A stretch of 64,000 nt of DNA from Candidatus Azotimanducaceae bacterium (GTDB lineage Bacteria; Pseudomonadota; Gammaproteobacteria; Pseudomonadales; Azotimanducaceae), in the NCBI GenBank assembly GCA_965216695.1, contig OZ244212.1, forward strand, positions 4,128,035 through 4,192,034, read 5' to 3'. Under the pieces are notes generated by a model. It saw only the letters and a program-made list of their open reading frames with translations, did not search any database and had not been told where the DNA came from. The stretch's first letter is position 1. Each line of letters starts with the position of its first letter. This document shows positions 8,023 to 17,895 of this stretch, piece after piece. The position numbers and the translations under genes were made by a program.

Positions 8023-10292
8023 TTTGATCCGTCACTGTTGCCGCTGATGAGAACCGTGCCGGTCCCCGGCGCGGTGGCGACGCGTATCATCGACTCCTGT
8101 ACTGCCCATTCGCCCGCAGGTTCGCCGTCCTGGGTGTAGATCACAACGCGGCCTTTCGAGGTGCCGAACAGGATGTGTTCGCCGTCGCCGGACCAGGCTG
8201 CGCTCGGCACGAATTCCTGCGGGCTGTCCCACGCCGCTCTCTGCTGGCAGGTCTGCGTGTCGATCACCTGGGCCCGCGCGTCACGGCCGACCAGCACGAA
8301 TCGGGTACCGTCCGGATGCATCGCCATTGATGCGAACTGCCCGGACAATTCGCACACGCGTTCTGCGTTGGCGGTGTTCCAGACGGTTGCGCCGCCGTGC
8401 AGATCCACAGAAACAAGGTGCTCTCCGTCCGGTGAGGCGGCGATGTGGTACATCGTGCCTTTCGCGGCCTGCCAGGACCTGACGACCTCACCTTTCTCGA
8501 TATCCCACACAACGAGGTCGGCTCCGTTCGCTTGAACGAGCCGTGTGCCGCCCTTGAGAAAACGCACGGCGCCGGTGTTGGTGTGTCCGCCGGTGGAGAC
8601 CGGCGTCTGGAGCCTATGGACGATCTCACCGCTGTCGGCGTTCACAACCAGCACCTGACTCGCGTTCGCGCCGATCGCCAGGAGCCGTTTACCGGCTGCA
8701 AAGTCGAGCGCTGTCACCCGGGCGGAGTGTCCGGGTGGAAGATCTACAAGCGCCTGTGTTTCATACGTATTCAGATCGATCAGTGCAACCTGTTGTGCGG
8801 CCTTTAACCCGACGGCTGCGACACCGCCACCGGGCATTACGGCACCGAACACAACCGCCTCGTCGTCGAGCGCGAGGCTTGCGGTCGGCTCGGCCTGCGA
8901 AAGATCGAGCGGTGCCGGTTCGAACGTGGTTGCCGGGGTATCGGACTCCGTGGGTGAATCGGATACGTCTTCCGTCGGGGCGCTTAAGTCGAAATCGACC
9001 CGCACTTTCAGGTTTTCGGTGATGTCGACGGAGGAGGCTTGTTCAGACAACGTCGCGGCCCAGGCCGTCGCGTTCAACCGGCCGCGGCTTGCGCCATCGC
9101 GGCCATTCCGTATCTTGAGCGTGCCTTCATCCGCGAGTATGACGCGCATCGTGTCCCGATTGCCGGTCATAATGGACGCGCTCACGGTCGTGTCGTCGGC
9201 AGAGCCATGCTGACCAAAGGGTGCGACGTTCCAACTTCCGGCTTCCGGCGCAGTGTCGGCCGGAAACCAGACAACCGCGCATACGGAATGCGTTGCTTCC
9301 CGGTCCAGCCGGCCGGCAACCATGGCAACTTGGTCTTCGTTGGGTTCGGATACGACCGCTTTACCGGACAGCGTAAGCCTCCGCGCGCTGTTCTTGCGCA
9401 CTTCCAGAGAATCGGGTTTGAGATCGGGTGACTCGCAGGTACGACCGGTCGCAGCCATACCTGCGAAGAGCGCTTGGAACCGGCGCATCTCAATCGTACC
9501 CTCGGCCGGGAACGCCGGGACGGTGGCAGACGATTCTTCGATTCCGGCAACTCGAACGGTTCTCGTGAAGTTCTGAGCGATAGCGCCATCGCGCTGGTGG
9601 AATGTAATTTCTATATCGGCTTCCACCAGTAACCCAAGCGTCTTCAGTCGTTGCGTCAGAGCCTCCCTCACGTGTCCGGCAATACCTGGATGATGAAACA
9701 CCATTGGCATCGCACCCGGCACGCCCTGGGCACCGTAGGGCAGCCATGTAAAAGGGCGCGCGCGGTCGGTCCACAGATGCGCCGCCACCTCGGTGGTCTG
9801 TTCCTGGACGTTGCCGCTTGGCGTGTGCCAGGTCCAGTGCAGCGTTGCACTCAGAATATGCTCTTCGAGGGTGCGATCGGCTACCGATCGCGACTTACCA
9901 GTGGCGGCCAGATCGAACGTCAGAGATTCGATGTGCTCTTCGCCACCCGATGCGTGTGGCTGACGCAAACCTCGTCGCACGTTGCGCGGTGCAGTCTCAA
10001 TGAGCCACAGCGGAAACTGACTCACAAACCGGGGTACCTGAGCGAAGTCGATGTTCTCGGTGGGGTCGCTATACAGGGCCGGCGCGGTATCTTCGTCCCG
10101 GTAAGCTATGGCCCGCATACCGTCCTGTACGACCCGGAACTGTTCGGTACCGCTGCCGCCTTCGGTCCACTCGAACGTCATCGTGTACTCCAGCGCCGCG
10201 AGCGCTGACGCCGAGGCGGTCAACCCTGTCGTGAGCAGTGTTGTAACCAGCTGATACCGGCAGGTCGAGCTGTGGTGTCTCCGCCGAGTCAT
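8001..10292 (-). CDS. secreted protein with uncharacterised ~500-aa N-terminal region and C-terminal WD40-like beta-propeller
   Basis: ATG 10292 follows a GGGAGA SD and gives MTRRRHHSSTCRYQLVTTLLTTGLTASASALA (signal-like). The C-terminal third has WD40-type repeats (VWDIEKGEVV, SPDGEHLVSVDLHGGATVWN, HPDGTRFVLVG, WSGDGEHILFG). Confidence 0.65.
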   Translation of the reverse strand: MTRRRHHSSTCRYQLVTTLLTTGLTASASALAALEYTMTFEWTEGGSGTEQFRVVQDGMRAIAYRDEDTAPALYSDPTENIDFAQVPRFVSQFPLWLIETAPRNVRRGLRQPHASGGEEHIESLTFDLAATGKSRSVADRTLEEHILSATLHWTWHTPSGNVQEQTTEVAAHLWTDRARPFTWLPYGAQGVPGAMPMVFHHPGIAGHVREALTQRLKTLGLLVEADIEITFHQRDGAIAQNFTRTVRVAGIEESSATVPAFPAEGTIEMRRFQALFAGMAATGRTCESPDLKPDSLEVRKNSARRLTLSGKAVVSEPNEDQVAMVAGRLDREATHSVCAVVWFPADTAPEAGSWNVAPFGQHGSADDTTVSASIMTGNRDTMRVILADEGTLKIRNGRDGASRGRLNATAWAATLSEQASSVDITENLKVRVDFDLSAPTEDVSDSPTESDTPATTFEPAPLDLSQAEPTASLALDDEAVVFGAVMPGGGVAAVGLKAAQQVALIDLNTYETQALVDLPPGHSARVTALDFAAGKRLLAIGANASQVLVVNADSGEIVHRLQTPVSTGGHTNTGAVRFLKGGTRLVQANGADLVVWDIEKGEVVRSWQAAKGTMYHIAASPDGEHLVSVDLHGGATVWNTANAERVCELSGQFASMAMHPDGTRFVLVGRDARAQVIDTQTCQQRAAWDSPQEFVPSAAWSGDGEHILFGTSKGRVVIYTQDGEPAGEWAVQESMIRVATAPGTGTVLISGNSDGSKAVLYGR

Positions 10293-10407
10293 TCTTCTTG
10301 TCTCCCGTATGTCTGATCTGGGCCAACGCGAACGCGCGCACGGCCGCGTTCGGCTTACAATGGTCGCGTACGCAGCGGCTTGCGCGCGCCAACACGGACC
10401 AGCGCTA

Positions 10408-11394
10408 ATGAACAACCTTATATCGGACAAGATCGACACGCACGCCCACTACGTGCCCGGCGACTATCTGGCAGCGGGCCGCAGCGCGTTCCCTTCGGGG
10501 CCGGACGGAATGCCGGGTTTTCCCGCGTGGAGTGTCGATGGCGCACTTGAGACGATGTCGCGGCTGGGTGTGCGGACATCGGTTCTTTCGGTTTCAACTC
10601 CCGGCGTGCATTTTGGCGACGATCGAGCGGCCCGGTCGCTTGCGCGGAGTGTCAATGAAACCGGTGCCGGGCTGGTGCGCGATCATCCGGGCCGGTTCGG
10701 TCTGTTTGCGTCCCTGCCGCTTCCGGACCTCGACGGCGCGTTGGCCGAAGTTACGTTTGCATTCGACGAGCTGGACGCCGACGGTGTCGTTCTGCTCACC
10801 AACGCTCGCGGAAAGTATCTGGGCGACCCCGCGTTCGATCCGCTGTTCGAGGAGTTGAACCGGCGTGGAGCGGTGGTGTTCATACACCCTACATCGGCGT
10901 ACTGCCCTACCTGCCATGGATCCGGACTCGACTATCCACGTGCCATGCTCGAGTTTCTTTTCGACAGCACGCGAGCGGTGACCAATCTTATTCTTTCCGG
11001 CACGCTCGAACGGAATCGCGACCTCAAGGTGATCGTGCCACATGCGGGGGCCACGTTGTCGGTCGTGGCCGCGCGCATCGAGGCCGTTGCCGGCGCATTT
11101 TTTGCGGACTCAGCGTCGGCTCGCGGCGATGTCATGGAGCACTTGCGCAATCTCTACTACGACCTCGCGGGTTTTCCACTGCCTACCCAGCTGACCGCGC
11201 TGATGGACATCGCGCAGCCGAATCGAGTGCTCTACGGCAGTGACTGGCCGTTCACGCCGGAACCGATGGCGGCGAAGTTGAGCCACGATTTGGAGGCGAC
11301 AGAGCTGATTGATACCACATGGCGTACCGGTATTTTCCGCGACAATGCGCTACGACTGTTGCCCGGACTCGGTCGGCGATCAAACGCTGAATGA
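10408..11394 (+). CDS. amidohydrolase-2 family protein (decarboxylase/hydrolase)
   Basis: MNNLISDKIDTHAHYVP at the N-terminus and LYGSDWPF near the C-terminus. The start was chosen at ATG 10408; the longer ORF would overlap the divergent gene. Confidence 0.75.
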   Translation: MNNLISDKIDTHAHYVPGDYLAAGRSAFPSGPDGMPGFPAWSVDGALETMSRLGVRTSVLSVSTPGVHFGDDRAARSLARSVNETGAGLVRDHPGRFGLFASLPLPDLDGALAEVTFAFDELDADGVVLLTNARGKYLGDPAFDPLFEELNRRGAVVFIHPTSAYCPTCHGSGLDYPRAMLEFLFDSTRAVTNLILSGTLERNRDLKVIVPHAGATLSVVAARIEAVAGAFFADSASARGDVMEHLRNLYYDLAGFPLPTQLTALMDIAQPNRVLYGSDWPFTPEPMAAKLSHDLEATELIDTTWRTGIFRDNALRLLPGLGRRSNAE

Positions 11395-11397
11395 ACG

Positions 11398-12870
11398 GTG
11401 TCTGACGAAGTGGAGGAACGAAAACGCGGGGTAAGCTATCGCGACGCGGACGCAGAATATTTCGCCAATCGCGGACTGAAGCGCTACGCGGGCGTCTTTT
11501 CCCTGTGGGCGCTCGGCGTTGGGGCGGTAATCTCGGGCGACTTTTCGGGCTGGAACCTGGGTGTAGGGCAAGCCGGTTTCGGCGGCTTTTTGATCGCCGT
11601 TGCGTTGATCACCGTGATGTACGTCGGCTTGTGCTTTTCGATAGCCGAGATGTCGCCGGCGCTTCCGCACACCGGCGGTGCGTATTCGTTCGCACGCACC
11701 GCTCTGGGTCCTTGGGGCGGGTTCGTTACCGGTCTTGCGGAAAACATGGAGTATGTGATTACCACGGCGGTCGTCTGCTACTTCGCTGCGGCTTACCTGC
11801 AGAGCATCTTTGCGACGCCGGATGCGGTACAGCCGCTCTGGTGGGCGGCGTTGTATGTGGTGTTTGTGGGCCTGAATGTGCTGGGTGTGGAGGCGTCGTT
11901 TCGATTCGTCGTGATCATCACGCTCATCGCACTCGCCATACTGGTCGTGTTCTTTGTTAGCGCCATTCCCCATTTTGCATGGGGCAATCTATGGAACATT
12001 CCGCCCGATCCCGGTCATTCGACGTTCCTGCCTAAGGGGATTGCCGCGGTAGGCGCTGCATTGCCCTTTGCAATCTGGCTGTACCTGGCGATCGAGCAAC
12101 TGCCGCTCGCGGCCGAAGAATCGGTAGACGTAACGCGGGACATGCCGCGCGGCCTGCTCTGGGGTCTGGCGACATTGGTGCTGACAGGGTTGCTGGTGAC
12201 ATTTCTGAATATGGGCATCGGCGGCGGCGCCGCATACTATGGTTCGCAAACTGAAGAACCTCTGCTGGATGGCTTGAGGACCACGCTTGGCGCTACCAGC
12301 GGTACCGTGCTGGGATTGGTGGCTGTCGCTGGTCTGGTCGCGAGCTTTCACGCGATTATCTTCGCTTACGGCCGCAACATCTTCTCACTCAGCCGCGCCG
12401 GATATTTTCCGTCGTGGTTGTCGGTTACGCACGCGACGCGTAAGACGCCGCACGTCGCACTCATCGCTGGCGCCGTCCTAGGCTACGGCGTGCTGTTGCT
12501 GCTGTTTGTACTCGGTGATAGCGGTGCGTTTGGCGGCGTGATTCTGAATATGGCCGTGTTTGGCGCAGTGATCGCCTACGCGATGCAGATGTGGTCGTAC
12601 CTTGTACTGCGCCGTGAGTTCCCGGAACTGCCGCGGCCGTATCGTAGCCCGCTGGGGCGAACCGGTGCGTGGATAGCCCTCGTTATCGCGCTCTTGGCGT
12701 TCGTTATGTTGTTCGTCAATCCCGATTTCCGGCCCGGCGTCGTTGGCGTTGCATTGTGGTTTGTTGCGGGCCTCGCGTACTTCGGGTTCCACGCCCGAAA
12801 GCGCATGATTCGCTCACCGGAAGAGGCGTTTGCGATTGAACAGTCGCGGCGGTCATTGCGGCAGCCCTGA
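11398..12870 (+). CDS. APC-superfamily amino acid/ethanolamine permease
   Basis: About 12 hydrophobic segments. The N-terminal LKRYAGVFSLWALGVGAVISGDFSGWNLG resembles ethanolamine permeases. The GTG start lies 4 nt after the upstream stop. Confidence 0.8.
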   Translation: MSDEVEERKRGVSYRDADAEYFANRGLKRYAGVFSLWALGVGAVISGDFSGWNLGVGQAGFGGFLIAVALITVMYVGLCFSIAEMSPALPHTGGAYSFARTALGPWGGFVTGLAENMEYVITTAVVCYFAAAYLQSIFATPDAVQPLWWAALYVVFVGLNVLGVEASFRFVVIITLIALAILVVFFVSAIPHFAWGNLWNIPPDPGHSTFLPKGIAAVGAALPFAIWLYLAIEQLPLAAEESVDVTRDMPRGLLWGLATLVLTGLLVTFLNMGIGGGAAYYGSQTEEPLLDGLRTTLGATSGTVLGLVAVAGLVASFHAIIFAYGRNIFSLSRAGYFPSWLSVTHATRKTPHVALIAGAVLGYGVLLLLFVLGDSGAFGGVILNMAVFGAVIAYAMQMWSYLVLRREFPELPRPYRSPLGRTGAWIALVIALLAFVMLFVNPDFRPGVVGVALWFVAGLAYFGFHARKRMIRSPEEAFAIEQSRRSLRQP

Positions 12871-15135
12871 CTCGATCAGGCCGCGAACATAGCGCTCGCG
12901 AATGTTGGTTTCCGTGAATGGCGGGAGCGGAGCGAAACGCGCCGAGAGATCGGGCCACGTTGAGAGCACGGCTTGGAGGTGCGCGTCGGCGGCGTCGGTA
13001 TCACCCAGCAACGCGAGACTCGCCGCCGCAAGCAGGTGCGCGTCTTCGCGGGCAAATTTCTCTGGTGATTGGTCGAGTGCGCGCTTGGCCCACTCGATCG
13101 CATTACGATACTTCCGGTCGGCGAAATGAGCGAGCCCCATCGACACGAGCCAACGCGTGCTTCTGGAGTCATTGGCCGCCATGTCGAGCGCGCGTGCGAT
13201 CTCGGCCTTCGCGTCGTCGATGCGGCCGCGCAAAGCCAGGGCGCGTCCCGTATCCGCGATCACTCCGGGTTCCGGATCCCACTCCGGATAGCCGACGCGT
13301 TCCAGTAGTTTCTGATACTTGAAGTCTCGGCGAATCGGGTCGAACCAGAAAGGTGATTTGATATCATCCATGCCCGTCTCGCGATTTTGCCAGCCCCTCT
13401 CGAGCCATGCGACTGCAAGCGCGTCTTCACCAAGCCACGCTGCCCAAGCGGCTACCGACCGTGCGGAGAATTCAGCCTCTATGAAGTAGTCGAGTAACGC
13501 GTGCGCTGCGCCGGCGAATCCGTCCGCTGCCCATCCCGCGTTCATTGCATCCGCTATTGCGCTGCAGCTCGGTCCGCACGTCTGCAGCAAGCCGTTCTGC
13601 GTTTGGTGCCAAAGCTGATGGCGGTCCAGCGCCCAGTACGCGCGCATTTCCAGGTCTGGATCGGGGAAAAGCTCGCGAATGGCTTCGAAGTCGGTCAGAC
13701 CATCCTGGTAGTGACGAGTCACAACCAGATGATCGGCACGGTGGCGCCGCCAGTGCAGCGTAAGCGGGTCGTAGTGAATCGCCTGATCCGCCATGGACAG
13801 TGCGCGGCCGAATTCTCCGAGCACATTGCGGGTTGCGTACGCGTACAGACTGAGCGTTACCGGGTCTCGGGGATTCAGCGCGAGCGCCCGATCCAGGTGC
13901 ACCTTGCCTGCGTCGAAATCGAACCGGTGTGCGTGGACCATCGCGCGGTGCGCGGCAGGAAGATCCGCGTCGATCGCCAGGGCTTTCAACGCGGCGTCAC
14001 GCGCGCGGGTCATGTTTCGATGGGCTTCGCCGTCGCTGCGCGGCGACCACCAACCGGAATTACTGAGCGCGTGACCCAGTTCGGCCCAGGCTTCCGCAAA
14101 TCGGGGATTGCGCGCTACAACGCTTTCCAGTAGCTGAACGGCCTCGCGGCCCGCTTGTGTTCTTGGGCGATGCGGATCGATCAGGATTTGTCGCGCGCGG
14201 AGATAGTCTTCGTAACCGTCGGGGTCGACCTCACGCGCGGTGTCAAGGCGGCTGATTTCTGCGGCCGACAAGTCCATCTCGAGGTGCGTGACCAGGTGTC
14301 GTGCGATCTCTCCGTGCATGTCGGCGATCTCGGATAACCGACGGTCGACGGCCTTCTGCCAAAGGCGATTGCCGGTGCCGCCGTCGACGAGATCGAGCTC
14401 TATCAGAATGCGGTCTCCAACTCGGTTCACCGATCCCGTTAACAGGGCGTCCACGCCTAAGGACTGCGCTAATACCTGAATAGTCGAGTCCGCGTGCCGT
14501 GTCGCTTGTGTCGAACGACTTGCAACAACGCTCAGAGCGCCGATTCTGCTCAACGTGTCGTGGAGTTCCAGCGTCAGCGCTTCTGCCAGGTAGGCCTGCG
14601 TTTCGTCGTCTGACACACTGTGTAGTGGCATAACAGCGAGGGAGCGTATGTGTCCCGCCTCACTCGTCGAAAGGGTGCGTACGCCCAAAGTGCTGATCAG
14701 GATCAGGGCCAGCGCGACGAATGCCAAGGCACCCCAGCGCAGCGCGTGCGTTCGTTGCCGTCGCGTTTGGAGTGGCAGCGGCTCAACCCGCGCCACGGTG
14801 CGGTAGCCTCGCCGGGTAACCGTTTCGATGTATCTGGCGTGCTTGGGGTCGTCGCCCAGCGCTTGTCGAATGAGGGTGATGCTGCGGGCGACGGCTACAG
14901 GTTCGACGACGCGATCGTGCCACACGGCTTCCATGATTTCGCCGTGCGACACCACGTCGCCGGACCGCTGGAGCAGCACCGACAGTACTCCGGCCACTTT
15001 AGGCTCCAGGCGCTGGCTTTGTCCGTTGCGTTCGATTTCGCCGGTGTCCGCGTGTACAACGAAGTCACCGAACCGATATGTCTCGCGCTCCCTCCGGCTT
15101 TCCACGGTGCGCTGCCACTTTGTTGCCCAGCCCAT
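12853..15135 (-). CDS. CadC-like membrane transcriptional regulator: OmpR/PhoB-type winged helix - TM - TolB-N-like - TPR
   Basis: The trans_reg_C-like N-terminus is YRFGDFVV...LEPKVAGVLSVLLQRSGDVVSHGEIMEAVW...RRGYR. One TM follows (WGALAFVALALILISTLGV), then RSLAVMPLHSVSDD and TPR-like repeats. ATG 15135 is preferred over TTG 15162. Confidence 0.8.
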   Translation of the reverse strand: MGWATKWQRTVESRRERETYRFGDFVVHADTGEIERNGQSQRLEPKVAGVLSVLLQRSGDVVSHGEIMEAVWHDRVVEPVAVARSITLIRQALGDDPKHARYIETVTRRGYRTVARVEPLPLQTRRQRTHALRWGALAFVALALILISTLGVRTLSTSEAGHIRSLAVMPLHSVSDDETQAYLAEALTLELHDTLSRIGALSVVASRSTQATRHADSTIQVLAQSLGVDALLTGSVNRVGDRILIELDLVDGGTGNRLWQKAVDRRLSEIADMHGEIARHLVTHLEMDLSAAEISRLDTAREVDPDGYEDYLRARQILIDPHRPRTQAGREAVQLLESVVARNPRFAEAWAELGHALSNSGWWSPRSDGEAHRNMTRARDAALKALAIDADLPAAHRAMVHAHRFDFDAGKVHLDRALALNPRDPVTLSLYAYATRNVLGEFGRALSMADQAIHYDPLTLHWRRHRADHLVVTRHYQDGLTDFEAIRELFPDPDLEMRAYWALDRHQLWHQTQNGLLQTCGPSCSAIADAMNAGWAADGFAGAAHALLDYFIEAEFSARSVAAWAAWLGEDALAVAWLERGWQNRETGMDDIKSPFWFDPIRRDFKYQKLLERVGYPEWDPEPGVIADTGRALALRGRIDDAKAEIARALDMAANDSRSTRWLVSMGLAHFADRKYRNAIEWAKRALDQSPEKFAREDAHLLAAASLALLGDTDAADAHLQAVLSTWPDLSARFAPLPPFTETNIRERYVRGLIESGLPQ

Positions 15136-15271
15136 CCGACACCGCGGTTGGGCGCGTGTCAAGGCGCGCGAACCGTCCGTTAGTAACCTGAAAGACTATT
15201 CAAAGATTTCCGAAAGTCCAATTCCGGGCTGCCGTCTAGTCTGCAGACGAATGGAATTGCAGGAGAGATCT

Positions 15272-15520
15272 ATGCGCTTGCGCGGCCACCGGTTCGGGGC
15301 GGAGTGGCTTCTGGCTGTGCCTGCTTATGTGTTGGTGTTTGGTGTTGCGGCAGGTTGCCAAACAAATGGGTCCACGCCGGTGTCCGATGCGACGCGGCAG
15401 GAACGCCATTCCCAGTATCGCAAGTGCTTCCATCAGTTGTTTGACCCGACCAACCCGTATCACAGTTCCCTCGGGATGCAGCGGGCGTGCCGGAAGTACG
15501 CGAAGGCGCGGGTGCCCTGA
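15272..15520 (+). CDS. small putative lipoprotein (82 aa)
   Basis: An AGGAGA SD lies 5 nt before ATG 15272. The product reads MRLRGHRFGAEWLLAVPAYVLVFGVAAGCQ (lipobox AGC). The upstream part of the 230-aa track ORF is antisense shadow. Confidence 0.4.
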   Translation: MRLRGHRFGAEWLLAVPAYVLVFGVAAGCQTNGSTPVSDATRQERHSQYRKCFHQLFDPTNPYHSSLGMQRACRKYAKARVP

Positions 15521-15707
15521 ACGTGCCACGAATTCGCCCTCAATTTCCCCAGTATTGCCGGTTCGGATTCGGTCCCGTTTCACATCGGTGACTGCTTCCG
15601 TCATCATGGCGCAACCACGGATGCTCACGGGCGAGTGGATCGGTTGCGAAAATGGCCTAACCTAAGCCTTACGAGGCGCTTCTGGGAACAATATCTAAGG
15701 GGGAACG

Positions 15708-16418
15708 ATGAGGGCGACTGGGTACAAAAAAACTGTGTTGGCGGCATGCTTGCTGCTGATCGGGTCGGCGGCAAGTGCGGACCCGGTGTTGGTGCGTTTT
15801 GGTTTCAAGCCAACCGGGTCGGTCGCGGATTTTCGCGCGGTCTTCGATCGCGCCAATGCGCTGGCTGACCAGATCACTCCAAAGTCGACGGCGACGGCTG
15901 CGCTGGCCAGCGACTCTTTTCATGGAAACCGCGTTGGCGGTGTATCGGTACTCCTCGAGTACGAAGACGCTTCCGCGTGGGCCGCTGAGCGGGCGCGTCA
16001 GGATGCATCAGACGAATGGGCGCGGATGATGGGGGAAGTGGCGCAAGTTGCAACGCTCGAGTACGCGGGCATGTCGAGTATTGTGTATCGCTCTGCCAAC
16101 TGGAAACCGTTGACCGGCGGCGAAGTCGTTGCAATCTTTGGCTTCAGCGGTAGTGCACAACGGCTGGCGGAGTTCGCGGAGAAAGCAGACAAACTCGCAG
16201 ACAAGCTCAAGTTGGGGTCTGCAGTCACGGTCCTAGCGCCCATGTTCAACGGGAGTCTCGTGGGAAGCACAACCGTTCTGGTGCGCTATGACAGTCTGAA
16301 GGATTGGGCTGCGGCGGTCGAGAAAGGAGGCGAGAGCGAGGAGTGGGGCAAACTCTTTGCGGGCTTCCCGGAGGATCTCGAGCCACGATATGAGGGTCTG
16401 TCGACGATTGTGCCTTAG
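15708..16418 (+). CDS. secreted hypothetical protein with internal two-domain duplication
   Basis: Signal peptide MRATGYKKTVLAACLLLIGSAASA. The two halves align (VLLEYEDASAWAAERARQDASDEWARMMGEV vs VLVRYDSLKDWAAAVEKGGESEEWGKLFAGF). Confidence 0.6.
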   Translation: MRATGYKKTVLAACLLLIGSAASADPVLVRFGFKPTGSVADFRAVFDRANALADQITPKSTATAALASDSFHGNRVGGVSVLLEYEDASAWAAERARQDASDEWARMMGEVAQVATLEYAGMSSIVYRSANWKPLTGGEVVAIFGFSGSAQRLAEFAEKADKLADKLKLGSAVTVLAPMFNGSLVGSTTVLVRYDSLKDWAAAVEKGGESEEWGKLFAGFPEDLEPRYEGLSTIVP

Positions 16419-16500
16419 TCGTCGGGTGATCAACCCGCTTCGCCTGGCCGGCGCGCGAATGCGTCGGCCCGGCTTGGTGTTATCTTCCTTGGTCTAACGC

Positions 16501-17844
16501 CTAACGTCGTCCTTCCAGGTAGTCGTTCAGTACTTCGTGGAACCGCCGGACGCGGCTTTCCTGGCCGCTTAGATTCGCGTCCCGGTAAGCGCGTGAGTGG
16601 AATCCCTGCTGCTGTGTGACCGCGATGCTCAGGTCCTGGTCGATGAAGTCTCCCAGGTAGTGGCCATATCGGGCGCTTCCGTACTCCGTGTATTCCAATT
16701 CGGCCTCCGCGTACGGCCGCATGCCGTAAATTGTGGCCGCTTGATCCCGGCCGCGAATGGCCGGCATCAGACACCAGTAGTCAAACGTGCACCATTCGGG
16801 GTCCATGGGGTCGGGTTCCGTGCGGAACACATGAACACCATCGGGAAAACCCGTAATGGTGACGTTCGGAAACAGCGTGTGATGGAAGTAGTCGGTTAGC
16901 TCATCGTCGTAGAGCCGGTCGAAATAATCGTAGCCGCGGGCGGCTCCGAGGGTACGTTTTGCCTGTTGCAGAGCCAGCCTGCCGTCGCGTGCCCGGCCGG
17001 CGAAGTCGTCGGGATTCAGGTCCCACTCACTCAGCAAGTCGGCCCACACCGGCTCCACCTGATTGGGCTGGTCTGCACGCAGGCTCGGCTGGCCCTGCTC
17101 GATCATCCGGTTGTGTCCGGCAGGGTACATCTCAAAGATCGTGTTGCGAAAATCCTCGTCGATCATCGATCGCATCTGCGGGTGAACCGTTGGGAGGTGA
17201 TAGCTCTCATTGAAGTTATCCGGCGCAAACTTCCAGTTCGTGTTCACGCGGATCTTCAGGCGCACAACGCGGTGCATGTCGTCCATGCCGCGGTGTTCTA
17301 GCAGACTGGGAATCGGATCGAGGAAGTCGAGCAGCGGCGGCGCATTGGGGTCCATGGAGTACCAGACGAATCCGCCCCAGGTCGCGCTCGGCACCTCGAC
17401 CAGCGTCAATTTGCCGCAGGGACTACCGTCTTCGAAGTCGTCTGGATCCTGAACGTCGAGCAGGCGCCCGTCGAGGCCCCACTTCCAGCCATGGTACGCG
17501 CACGTGAAATGCGCAACGCTGCCTGCATCGCCGTGCGCCAGTCGCTGCCCGCGGTGCATGCACGTATTGTAGAAAACGCGCACATGAGAGTTGGCATCGC
17601 GAACCGCCACCACGGACTCCCGGAGAAAGTCGTGGCGGACGAAATCGCCTGGGTCTGGCATTTCGGCTTCGCGGGCAGCGATGTGCCAGACGCGCGTCCA
17701 CATGCGCTCCCATTCTTTGTGCGCAAAGTCTTTGGAGTAGTATCGCTCGCCGGTTATTGGGTCGCCGCGGAGCGGTTTCTGTCCGCCGTCGGGGGCCCTG
17801 GGATAATCGGGTTTATGCGCGCTATTGATCAGTTCCTCCGCCAC
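16501..17844 (-). CDS. Rieske [2Fe-2S] aromatic ring-hydroxylating oxygenase, alpha subunit
   Basis: Rieske motif CMHRG...x...CAYHGW. GTG start after a GGAGGA SD. Confidence 0.85.
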   Translation of the reverse strand: MAEELINSAHKPDYPRAPDGGQKPLRGDPITGERYYSKDFAHKEWERMWTRVWHIAAREAEMPDPGDFVRHDFLRESVVAVRDANSHVRVFYNTCMHRGQRLAHGDAGSVAHFTCAYHGWKWGLDGRLLDVQDPDDFEDGSPCGKLTLVEVPSATWGGFVWYSMDPNAPPLLDFLDPIPSLLEHRGMDDMHRVVRLKIRVNTNWKFAPDNFNESYHLPTVHPQMRSMIDEDFRNTIFEMYPAGHNRMIEQGQPSLRADQPNQVEPVWADLLSEWDLNPDDFAGRARDGRLALQQAKRTLGAARGYDYFDRLYDDELTDYFHHTLFPNVTITGFPDGVHVFRTEPDPMDPEWCTFDYWCLMPAIRGRDQAATIYGMRPYAEAELEYTEYGSARYGHYLGDFIDQDLSIAVTQQQGFHSRAYRDANLSGQESRVRRFHEVLNDYLEGRR

Positions 17845-17895
17845 GCGTCCTCCGCCAGCTCAAGTTTTGCTGTTGTTGGTTTACGGTGCGCGTTA

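Noticed and set aside
14828-15271. Upstream part of the 230-aa ORF 14828..15520
   Set aside because: It is antisense to the winged-helix domain of the CadC-like regulator. Only the last 82 codons have an SD and a lipoprotein signal.
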